DNA from: Coniocarpon cinnabarinum
Taxonomy: Eukaryota
Assembly: GCA_051942205.1 (NCBI GenBank)
Contig: JAVECO010000067.1
Location: forward strand, 62,001-110,716
DNA: 48,716 nt
Direction of reading: 5' to 3'
Position numbers and translations under genes: made by a program. The notes beneath the pieces were generated by a model. It saw nothing but the letters and a program-made list of their open reading frames with translations, ran no database searches and had not been told where the DNA came from. Positions 10,565 to 20,130 of the stretch are shown in pieces; position 1 is the stretch's first letter; each line of letters opens with the position of its first letter.

Positions 10565-11590
10565 TCAGGGCGGCTCTGCCCGCTTCTGCTCAGCAGCACT
10601 CATACTCTCCGCTAAGATCTCCTCCTCCAGCCCATTCAAGAACCGCTCGGCCTTCTTCTCCCCTCGTTTCTGCTCAATCAATTTTCGCCGCGCCTCAAGC
10701 TTCTCTCTCCGCTGCCGCCTCTCTTCATCCCTCTCATTCTGCTTCTCTTCCCTCGCCCGCTCCGTCTCCATCCGTAACTCCTCTAGGCCCCGCATTTGCT
10801 CTTCCCTCGTCTTCTCGTCCTGACTGAATTGATAGAAACCGGTACCCTTTGTACGGATCTCCGCAGATGCGTCGTAGTGCGTCTCAGGCGGTGGCGTCTC
10901 AGGCCTGTCGCGCTTGTGTGCCAGGTTGTGCATCTTGCTGGCAGCGTCAGCGTCGACATCAAATGCCGCAGACTGTATCGCATCGCCGTAAATAACGTTC
11001 GTCGGTGCGCTCGGCCGGGCGCGATCTTCGTCTTCTGCTTCCTCTACGCGACGCTGTCGTGCTTTTTGCCGCTCTTGCGCTTGTAGATCCTTACGGGAGC
11101 CTGTCCGTGTGCGGCCCATCTCGTCTACGTATTCCACCATTTCACCAGCATCACTCTTTGAACCGTCGTCACTCTCATTCTCTTCACTATCCGCCACGTC
11201 ACCACCTCGCTCTGCCCACTTTCTATCAAAATCTACACCGTACCGCTCCCCACGATCTTCTACATCGCCTCGCTTCAGCGCGCCATATAAACGGGCCTTC
11301 TCGTCCAATTTGCGCTGCGCGCTGCGCCATTCTGCCTCGCTCAGCTCATCCGCGTTTGATGATGCGATAGAGGTGGGGCGGCCGAGTATGTCTGCTAAGG
11401 CGCGCTTTTTCGTATTGCGATTGGAAGAAGCGAGGCCAGGCTGGGAGAGAGTTGGACGTTTGCGCGGGGCAGCGGTGTCTGAGAGAAGGGCCGTGAAGTT
11501 GGTGCTGAAGGCAGTATCGTGAGGGTTGACGGAAGATCTGATTCTTGGCCTAGATGAGCTTTGGTAGAGTGAAGCATCCCTTGAAGGCAT
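10565..11590 (-). CDS. CCDC174-like (DUF4078-type) coiled-coil nuclear protein, ~341 aa, intronless
   Basis: ATG at 11590 (MPSRDASLY). Motifs KLDEKARLYGALKRGD, VDFDRKW, VEYVDEMGRTR and HYDASAEIRTKGTGFYQFSQDEKTREEQM; coiled-coil C-terminus. Confidence 0.8.
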   Translation of the reverse strand: MPSRDASLYQSSSRPRIRSSVNPHDTAFSTNFTALLSDTAAPRKRPTLSQPGLASSNRNTKKRALADILGRPTSIASSNADELSEAEWRSAQRKLDEKARLYGALKRGDVEDRGERYGVDFDRKWAERGGDVADSEENESDDGSKSDAGEMVEYVDEMGRTRTGSRKDLQAQERQKARQRRVEEAEDEDRARPSAPTNVIYGDAIQSAAFDVDADAASKMHNLAHKRDRPETPPPETHYDASAEIRTKGTGFYQFSQDEKTREEQMRGLEELRMETERAREEKQNERDEERRQRREKLEARRKLIEQKRGEKKAERFLNGLEEEILAESMSAAEQKRAEPP

Positions 11591-11769
11591 CGTTGGCACC
11601 GTTCTGAGTTAAAGTCAATTCAGCTAGTGACTCGATGCTTGTACTTCCCAGTCGACAGGACCCGGACTTTAAGGAGATGTCGTTGCGACCCTGCCAAGCG
11701 CCAAGCTCTTGCCAGGAAGCTCCGAAAACCCATGCATGTATAGAATTGTCTATCACATTAGATGATTTC

Positions 11770-12631
11770 ATGGCGACTTCGCAGAATAGCATACAGCCGC
11801 TGCGGCATGCTTTGACAAGATGTATAACATTTATAAGACAACGGCCAACGTTGGCCGGCCCGCAAAAACCTGTTTCCTCATCATGGTTCCCTCAATCGAC
11901 TCCGTTATCCACCACAGCACCATGTCTTGCAAGGAGAAAAAAAGGGACAGGCCAAAAACGAGATTTTCGAATCAGTGAGCCACATTGCCTCGTGAGCTCC
12001 CTGAGAATCTTTGACTCACCTGCGCGATCCAGAACTCATTCGCTACCACCTCTTCCACCCTGAAACGCCGCGCCCTTTGCGTCTCTCCCGGCTGCGTTCC
12101 CTCCGCCACTGGACAATACACCGCGCGTGGCATCTCTTCAAAGCCAAACAGCGACGCACAGAGGAAGCGCAGCTTTACAAGCAATATCAGAGCATGTACA
12201 ACGCTTGCGAAGCACTGCGACTCCTTGGCGAAGACGGGCTTGCGGTACAAGACCCAGCCTACCAGCTCCAAGGTGACCAGTCAGGCGAAGTTGTCAGACC
12301 GCCCGGTGCCCGCGATCCCGTTACTCGCACATATCTGAGGAAAAAAGACGGCACCCTATATGCCGCGGACATGATGAGTGAAGAGGAAAGAGCAAAGGAA
12401 GCGCAGGGTAGAGGACGTGGCCGGCCGAAAGAAGTTGAAGAGCTCAAGATCGATGTCGGGGCGGCTGCGGAGCGGCAGAAAGATGTGGGCAGGTTGTTCC
12501 GCATCGCGATGGAGAAGAAGGGTGTCTTCCAGGGGGTTCCAATCGAGTATACACGCATTCAGACAGATACACCTCCCAGAAATGGGTGGGATCACGACTG
12601 GAAGCGGCCGACGACTCTGACAGGGTTGTGA
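11770..12631 (+). CDS. MRPL28: Mitochondrial large-subunit ribosomal protein mL40 (MRPL28), ~267 aa
   Basis: Exons 11770-11974 and 12033-12631. Presequence-like N-terminus (Arg/Ser/Thr-rich, acid-free). Motifs LIRYHLFHP..PRPLRLSRLRSLRHWTIHRAW, QYQSMYNACEALR and PIEYTRIQTDTPPRNGWDHDWKR. Confidence 0.85.
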
Positions 12632-12959
12632 ACAATGTTCGACCTGCAAGACATTGCGGCTACCTCAATGCTTCCGAACACAACCAAACCATGATCGAGG
12701 GAGCCAAGCAGAAGACTACCAGTGGCGAGGCAGTTCAGGGAAAGAAGCCATGTCCCGAAGCTCAGTTCGAGTTTGCACAACTCGATATCCTCTGAACGAT
12801 GCTGTGATCTGTGCCGAAATACCCCAAGAAATATTCATCCAGCACAAACTTTTTCTTCGAATTATTTTCAAACCTCGGACAGCCATGTCAGTCTCTATCG
12901 TCTTCCCAAGAAGTCTTGCTTGGTATCGAATGTATATACTACATTGCCATTCCTGCTGC

Positions 12960-13525
12960 TCATATGGTCGTGGTGCTCTTTCGCCATGATAGCTTCTCAA
13001 AAGGTTTACAGATGCAATTTTGAATCCAACAGGCTACATTTAGATGTTGGAAAGACGAGGATGAGGAAGGGAGCAGAGGTTCCAACTTCAGACTCTGTTT
13101 ATTGCCAAAATAACTAGCGTCTATTTGGCAAGAGGACGAGAAGAAATAGTTGGCGTTGGACTCCCCGCGAACCAAGTTGGTCTTGTCAAACTCGGATTCG
13201 CCGGTGCTCGCAATGGCGCCGTTGAGATGAAACACCTTACGCGTTATCTATCCATTGGAGAAAAAGGTTGCATACCTTGGGTGCTTACTTTGATATGCTT
13301 GAATAGCGTCTCGGCCAGAGCAGTGTAAGCTGCACAAGTTTCCCCGAGCTCAACCATCGCAACTTTGACTGACCGATGTGCGAAGTGCTTCTTGTTGTGC
13401 ACAGTCCTATGAATCAGAAGTTGGGTCAGCTCTTCAGACAACCAACCTTCACCGCTCTTCAGTACCATAGAACACTGATCAGCACCTACCTTCTTTTTCA
13501 TACTTCGACAAAGACCCGCGCCCAT
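12960..13525 (-). CDS. Possible small spliced orphan gene or remnant (~170 aa)
   Basis: Two minus-strand ORFs join in frame through a 53-nt GTAAGC...AAG intron candidate (13288-13236): ...AETLFKHIK|VFHLNGAIAST.... The branch point is weak and no family is recognised. Confidence 0.25.
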
Positions 13526-13710
13526 GTCAAGCCCATCCGTCTGAATTCTGGATGAAGAAGACAAAACCGTTGCGGCTATCAATTAGCTTTTGACAACACC
13601 GTCACAATAAGCTACCAGGATCCCCAAGAACTCATGTTCGGTTTGCAAATCTTTATGTGAACGCCTTGCCTGCACTCTCGCAGCCTTTCAGCGCCTGTCT
13701 TCCTCCCATC

Positions 13711-15189
13711 CTAAACGCTAGCACCATGCTCCACATTGCCTGGCTCCACATCACCAGCAAAGCCCCTTCCCTTCGCTTTGTACGGCCTCCTCTGAATCTC
13801 CGCATACGACCTCTTCCTCACTAGAAATTTCCAATAACTATCCTTCTTCCTGGCCTCCCAATCCTCTATCACGACCCGGTCCTGCTCCATCTCCGCCGCG
13901 TACTTCCTCGTCTCCTTCGCCCGCCTCGTCTGCATGCGCGCCTCCTGCCCCGCGTGCGTCGACTTGGCCGTCTGCCATGCCAATTGGGAATCCTCTTCGC
14001 CTTGGGCCGGTCCTGAGGTCTCCCAACGTTCTTGACGCTCGGAAGCTTCCGGTAGGGGAATGGCGACGTTGCCGCCGTCGAAGTGGGGGAAGGCGTTAGG
14101 AAAGAGGAGGGACCTGCCGCTGTTGACTTCAGCGTAGCATTCGGCGAGGATGCGGTAGTCGTTGCGTGGTTTGTAGGTCGTGAGGGAACCGTCCCATTCC
14201 CTGTTTTGTTAGCAACAATGTCGATCCTGTCTCAATCGGCCGTAGTGAGCGACACCAGCCGCAAATGCTGCTCAGGGCATGCGTATGAGGGTGCGGGGGC
14301 ATCACACTCACATAATGACCATCCGCACAGGCCTTTCCCTCCAGCTCAACCCTTTGAATCCCGGTCCAATCTTGCGCTTGCCCCTTTTGGCCTCAGTGGC
14401 TGCAATACTCTGCTGCAACTTCTGCCCACTCGTCTGGCCCCCGTCCTTCTTCATAAAGTCTTTGTCATATTGCGTCGCTTCATGCGTCTTCATACCAGAT
14501 GGGAGCGCCTGTTGACCCTCCCATGACTTGACGTCGCTCCAATTTTTGAGCTCATGCTGATGCTCCTGAAACCACAACTCCAAATGGGCGAGGTCATTGT
14601 ATTCCGCCTTTGCGACCTTCAACTGCAGCTCATCGTATTCGCTAAGCCCGCCGTCGGAAGATGAGTCTGTAGCGGTATCTGCAGTCGCAGGAGCTGCAGC
14701 AGCTTTTGATTTCCCGGACGCATGACCAGTCTGATATTCGCGTTCCGCTTGCAACGCCTCCACGACACGGACCTTGAACTCCACTCTGCGTCCCCAGATC
14801 TGTAGATTCGTATGTGGAAATGTATGCAACTTACACAATGCGTACACTTTCCTGCCCTGGAGCACGCCACCCGATTCAAAAAAGTCGTCACGGGTACTCA
14901 TGTCCTTGCTAAACGCGCTGTCGGCAGCGGTAAGCTTCTCGCCTTGGAGAGGGGTGCGAGCGCGACGGCCATAGCTACGGGAGAAGGAGAAAATAGAAGA
15001 CGATGCAGAGGATGAGCCAGAAGAGAGAAGAGAGAAGCGGCCTGACTTTTGACTCGTGGTCGTGGAATGTTTTGAGAAGAGAGAGCAGGGCTTGGATTTA
15101 CTGGAGGAGGGAACAGGAGCGTGTTCGTGCTCCTCACGCTGCTCTTGATGGGAGGTGACGTCTGTGGACGGATTTTCACTGGATACCAT
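13711..15189 (-). CDS. Hypothetical protein, ~455 aa
   Basis: Exons 15189-14312 and 14200-13711, joined by a 111-nt intron (GTGAGT...GCTAAC...CAG). The continuous frame reads ...RPVRMVIM EWDGSLTTYKPRNDYRILAECYAEV.... Ser-rich N-terminus, charged helical C-terminus; no recognised domain. Confidence 0.65.
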
Positions 15190-16761
15190 GGTAGCAATAT
15201 CCAAAAGCGGCTACAGTCGATAGCAAGACCGGGAGGACAGCGTACCGAGGAAGGTGACCTGTTTTCTGAGGAAGTGAGGTGCCACAAGACTTTAGCACCT
15301 TGTGCATAGGCAAGAGCAAGGCGATAGATTTGTACGTTGAACATGTTACCTGTCCTTTCCGCGTTGATGAGTACAGGAGGTCGTTGCGTACATCTTCGGC
15401 ATAGTGTTCACAAGCCACCACACTTCCATACCGAAGATTTGGCAATGTGTGATGACAGGCGCGATGGAAATGTTTGCGAGCCTGATCGCGGTGTACATTA
15501 CCATGGGTCTCCGCCGAGAGACAACCACTGGCATGTGCAGCGCACTACACGTGCTATGTCTTTTGCAGAGCACAGGTAGGTCGGCATCTTCAGACGTATC
15601 TAGTATCAAGGGCAGGACATTGCAATCTGGCATGATCAACTACGAGATGTGACCTTCGTTCGGGTAAAGCTCTTTCTCTAGACCGCACTAAGCTTGAGAC
15701 TAGACAACGAAAAGGCAGAGTACAGATAACAAACCGAGAATGTCTCACTATGCCACGAGTTGTCGAGCACGGACGCTTTTCGGGCGGGTTGATATCCATG
15801 AATGGCCCGGATAGAAGCACAGCAGGGCTACTCATCCCTGTGACATGGGCCCAATTTGACAGACATACGGACGCAAAGCAAGATGGAAAGCGGCTGATCT
15901 GGTACACCTGTGTCGCGCCCAGATAGTGGTCAGTCATGAAGGAAGAGCGAGGGTTAAACTCGACGGTGGCACAACTAAGCATTCTGGCTCTGCTCCTCAC
16001 TTTTGAGAAGAACAGGACGATGTAAGGGGCTGGTAATTGCCGAAAATGGGGTCGGAGCATTTGGGGAGAAAATTAGAGAATGTGTGCTCTGAGCACGTAC
16101 TGTGGGCTTGAATGGCATTGTGCCTTTCGCTATTTCCCGAGTTCACACATCTGTTTGAGGCCTCGGTCTGGTGGAGGTCACCGCTCGTGGACGCAGCCAA
16201 TGACAGAGACTACTGCGCCGCACGTGTCGCAGAGACCCAGACTCACGACACCGGACAGTGCGCAAGGGGTGTCAGAACTGAGAAGATCCAACGACGGCGG
16301 AGAGCTGGAGAAGGAAGAAGCGGGTGTTTCGACAGTCGGGCGGGTCACGTGCCAAGTGCAAGAGGCCAATGGAGATTGCCACATGCAGGCACGTGTCTGG
16401 CCCTTCCTACCGTCATGTCTTGCTCTTCGCGTGCCCATGAGGAGTCTCATGACTTGTCCACGCTGCCGCTCTCTCTCCCTCCTCGCACCAGGCTGCTGCC
16501 AGCGCGTCAAGAGACAAATGCCGGACTGTCCGTGATGAACATGCCTCCAGTTGCGCTTGTCATGGCCGCGCTTTTCCGATTGCTGCACTGAGCGTTCGAT
16601 GCTCCTCGCGTGAGGGCCGCTGTCGTCCTGCTCGAACGAGCTCGTTCACAGTTGCCTGTTGAGTCAGTTCGGACTGAGATTGGGTTTGCGTGCAACATTC
16701 AACTTTCGGGTTTGTGGCTGTTTCAGCGGTGCGCAGATCTGCTGGAAGTTGCACCAATTTA

Positions 16762-19719
16762 TCACACTCCAATGCCGCCTCTGCCTCTACCCTCAGTCTG
16801 CGCCCTCTGGTATTCGTAAAGGAGCCCCAACACTCCGGCGTCGCCGCCACCATCCCCATAATCATTCATTTGATGCTCATCATTGCTGGTCCCACGTTCA
16901 GCGCCATCGTCATCAACAGCTCTCGAGGTGCGCCACGAATCACAGAGGGACTCATCTTCATGCAGAGCAATCGATTCCAGTGGGCGTTCGTGCAGGCTAT
17001 CAACAACGGCTGACGTAGGTGGCTTGCTGCGCTCGTGCAGATGGCGTGAATGTCTTGAAGCGTCGAGATGCAAAAGCGAGCGACTAGGTTGATGGGTGGG
17101 GTCTAACAGCAGTGATGGGGTGAGCGTTTTCCCGTCTCTCCTTGTCCTCGGATGTTTTGACTTTGTTGTTTCCTCAAAGGATCTATGCGCAGGCCGCTTC
17201 ACCTCTGAGTCTGCATGATGCTCGACGACAGTTGTCTCCTCGTGTATCGAAGGAAAAGCTGGCGGCGGCCTGAAAATCCTCCTGTCATGTGCACGATTAA
17301 ACGCTTTGCTGGCTGGGTTGTTTCCATAGCTGTCAATGAAACTGTAGTAGCTTGAGAGCATTTTGTTGTCCTTCGTAGAGTAGTAGTCCTTCCTTGCATC
17401 GGCGCGGTGACGGTTGCCATGCTCATCCGCACTTTTGGCCTGTTTCGTCAAACGAGCGCCTGTGCCGGAATTGTTGCCGACACCATCTTTTTGGAATTCG
17501 AATAACGCGAATGAACAAACGTATCCGAGCCCATCAACATGTACTGTAAACTCCCTGAAAAAGTCCACAATGCGGGGAGAGCAATCCGGCAGACTGAACC
17601 AGAGTACAAAAGGCGTGAATACGATTGAAAGGATCTCTTCTAGAAAGATAATTATTTTCATCTGATAGAGCTGCGCAAACTCCTTCCGCACATCTTCTGT
17701 GTGCAGTCGACCTCGCCAATGAGATGGCATGAAGCGCGTGTAGTCCGCAACGTTGGTAATAGCGTACTCCGGATCAAAAACACTATCTTCATCTTCCGCC
17801 ACCAGGCCCCGAGCAACAGCCCAAATGGTCCCGAATAGGCCAAGGTAGAACAGCACGGTGCGTTCTGGAGTGATCTCGAATCCCAGAAACACATCGGGAT
17901 CAAGAAGTGAGGCTGCACCCAGGACAGAAGTGAGGGACCCAGCTACAAACGCAACGAACCGTGCTGTCTGACTGATTTTGTCTTTCGGGAACTGATCCAG
18001 ATAGCGATTGGCAAAAGGTTTTGACATGTTTAATCGACGCTCAAAAAAATTGTAGAGTTCATTGAATTCACGAAACTTCCACTCCGCAAGAGGAGTGTAC
18101 GAGCGAGAGCCAATTTGAGATGGATTCTTCTGGAATTCGGTGAAGTAGCGGAGAAAATAGATCGTTAGGAAATATGACACCAGAAAAGGCGCCGATATAA
18201 TACTAATGAACCCCATGATAAAAAACCGGCGGCGCAGGCCATCAATGAGTTCATGGCGGTGTGAATCGCGGAGAAAAAGCTGCGACACTTGTCCAGATTC
18301 GTTAAAAACATAGTCGAGAACACAGAGATTAATGCTCCATTCGAGGTTGCGGGAGAAGAGTTGGCGATTGTTGAGGATAGGTACGGGCAACGTGAGGTTC
18401 AGAACGTCTTTATTGAATAGTGCAATGAGATAATTGTCACGTCGCATCAAGCGATTCGCAATATCGTGGGCGTCTATGCGCTGTCTGGACTGCTCCCCAA
18501 TAAACCTGCGCGACCGTGGCTGAATTTCCAGCGCCGTGCGAGCATTGGCATCCCTGAGACTCATGATTTGGCTTACGATCGTCTGCCATGTGATCGTTTG
18601 CAGCTCATTTTCGGTGACGCGAAGCGCGTGATGGAAAAACTCGTGCATGGACCAGAGGCGTTTGACACTGACGAATATGCGGAATGTCTTGAACAACCAA
18701 AAAAAAGATAGCAGCCACAGAAAGAGACTGCTCAAGCCGGACATTCTCGAAGTGCAGCGAGGAATTTTTATGTCGGACATGTGCTTGCTCCCTGGTAACT
18801 CGCGATAGTCAACACAAGAAGTCAGGAACACCGCCAGCGAGACCACAAAGGCAAATGTGAGCTGCTCATAGAGCTTTGCGAGTAAGATGGACCATATGCC
18901 CTTTCCTCTGAAATACTCATAGACCTCAGCTAGGAAGTTGTCGAGATTCTCCACGTTGGCCCACATCCACATTGCTCGGTCTGCTGGATCTGTGATCATA
19001 GGCGCAGAGTTTGTGTAAAGAAAGTCGCGGCGCTGATACGGCTCTCGTAAGTTGCGTCGAGCGGGTCCCTCCTGATTGGAGTTCCATCGAACTCGGGGTC
19101 GGTCTGTCCCCATTGGCCCAGGGACAGGAGGTGGCAGGGTCTCTGAGGGCCTGGGTGGAAGATGTCGAAGCGGCTCTGGATTAGCAGCGTCGTTGGCGCC
19201 GAGTAGCAAAGATGCGGGCACTTCGTCATCACGCTGCGGTGTTTTGTCTCTGCTTGTCCTTGCCCAAGCAGCTTTTTCGACGGTTGACTTCGAGGGACGC
19301 TCATCACTGCGCTTGCCACCTGCGGGGTCGGTCGTTGCCGCATCTTCCATGAGTAGGGACGTCGGAACGTCATTGCCCTCGTCAGTATACGGACCATTAG
19401 GGCCAGTCCAACGCAGGGAACCTGTCGGACTTTTGGTAGGTTCCAGTGTAACGGGTTGGGATCGCGGTAACTGTTCTGCGCGGGAATTAGTTGCCGAGCC
19501 TGGAATGCTTTTCTCCGCATCCGCCAATAATGCATCAAGGTCCTGATCTTGAAAGCGTGCCTCAAGGTTGTCCTCATCAATCTGCGCATCGTCCAACGCG
19601 TTTTCGTCTTCATCGCCGACAGTCGCAGCTGGATGCTGGTCGTGCAACTTGATTGCTTCATAGATCGATTGGTTGCCGGCGGTGGACGGAAGATTGCGTG
19701 TAAAAGACCTCGAATCCAT
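16762..19719 (-). CDS. ATG9: Autophagy-related protein 9 (lipid scramblase), ~985 aa, intronless
   Basis: Motifs WMWANVENLDNFLAEVYEYF, DAHDIANRLMRRDNYLIALFNKD, WKFREFNEL, YLDQFPK, FLEEILSIVFTPFVLWFSLP and IVDFFREFTVHVDGLGYVCSFALF. First in-frame ATG at 19719. Confidence 0.97.
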   Translation of the reverse strand: MDSRSFTRNLPSTAGNQSIYEAIKLHDQHPAATVGDEDENALDDAQIDEDNLEARFQDQDLDALLADAEKSIPGSATNSRAEQLPRSQPVTLEPTKSPTGSLRWTGPNGPYTDEGNDVPTSLLMEDAATTDPAGGKRSDERPSKSTVEKAAWARTSRDKTPQRDDEVPASLLLGANDAANPEPLRHLPPRPSETLPPPVPGPMGTDRPRVRWNSNQEGPARRNLREPYQRRDFLYTNSAPMITDPADRAMWMWANVENLDNFLAEVYEYFRGKGIWSILLAKLYEQLTFAFVVSLAVFLTSCVDYRELPGSKHMSDIKIPRCTSRMSGLSSLFLWLLSFFWLFKTFRIFVSVKRLWSMHEFFHHALRVTENELQTITWQTIVSQIMSLRDANARTALEIQPRSRRFIGEQSRQRIDAHDIANRLMRRDNYLIALFNKDVLNLTLPVPILNNRQLFSRNLEWSINLCVLDYVFNESGQVSQLFLRDSHRHELIDGLRRRFFIMGFISIISAPFLVSYFLTIYFLRYFTEFQKNPSQIGSRSYTPLAEWKFREFNELYNFFERRLNMSKPFANRYLDQFPKDKISQTARFVAFVAGSLTSVLGAASLLDPDVFLGFEITPERTVLFYLGLFGTIWAVARGLVAEDEDSVFDPEYAITNVADYTRFMPSHWRGRLHTEDVRKEFAQLYQMKIIIFLEEILSIVFTPFVLWFSLPDCSPRIVDFFREFTVHVDGLGYVCSFALFEFQKDGVGNNSGTGARLTKQAKSADEHGNRHRADARKDYYSTKDNKMLSSYYSFIDSYGNNPASKAFNRAHDRRIFRPPPAFPSIHEETTVVEHHADSEVKRPAHRSFEETTKSKHPRTRRDGKTLTPSLLLDPTHQPSRSLLHLDASRHSRHLHERSKPPTSAVVDSLHERPLESIALHEDESLCDSWRTSRAVDDDGAERGTSNDEHQMNDYGDGGGDAGVLGLLYEYQRAQTEGRGRGGIGV

Positions 19720-20130
19720 GATCGATAAAGGCTTGACGATTTCATTAAGTATCAACGACAGCCCGAGTGCTACCTGTTAGGCAGCAAGCGGGGTGCATGG
19801 CCATGAAAGCAGGGATTCATGGCAGCATCCAAGGACATGTCGCGAGCGAGATTGTGCAGTAAGTTAGCACGAGAAGTGAGCAAAGGTCATGGCGAAAGGA
19901 ACGGTTGGGTTGTTGAGTCTCGTGTTCGCGTCAGGTGTGGAACTCGTCAAGCGACAGATCATGACGCAGGGGCGGAATCCCTTCCATAGATCCCCGGACT
20001 TTTCCGCTCCGCGTTCCGCTGTGCGTGAGCCAAGTTTTCATGAAATCCGCCTGCCTCAATGTTCATCGCTCACTCTGATCACAGCGCAGTCTATGCCTCC
20101 ATAGTGCGTTTTGAATGAGCACGCGCCGCG
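19720..20130. promoter_or_regulatory. Divergent intergenic promoter shared by ATG9 and RPA190 (411 bp)
   Basis: Head-to-head start codons at 19719 (-) and 20131 (+). Contains AAGTTTTCATGAAA (~20032-20045) and GTTCATCG (20061-20068). Confidence 0.6.

Noticed and set aside
14090..14130. Suspected frameshift in the second exon of the 455-aa orphan
   Set aside because: Re-reading shows a continuous frame (EVNSGRSLLFPNAFPHF); no frameshift is needed.
15190..16761. Overlapping 130-160 aa ORFs on both strands between the orphan and ATG9
   Set aside because: Mostly non-ATG starts, mutually overlapping and motif-free; more likely UTR/promoter sequence.
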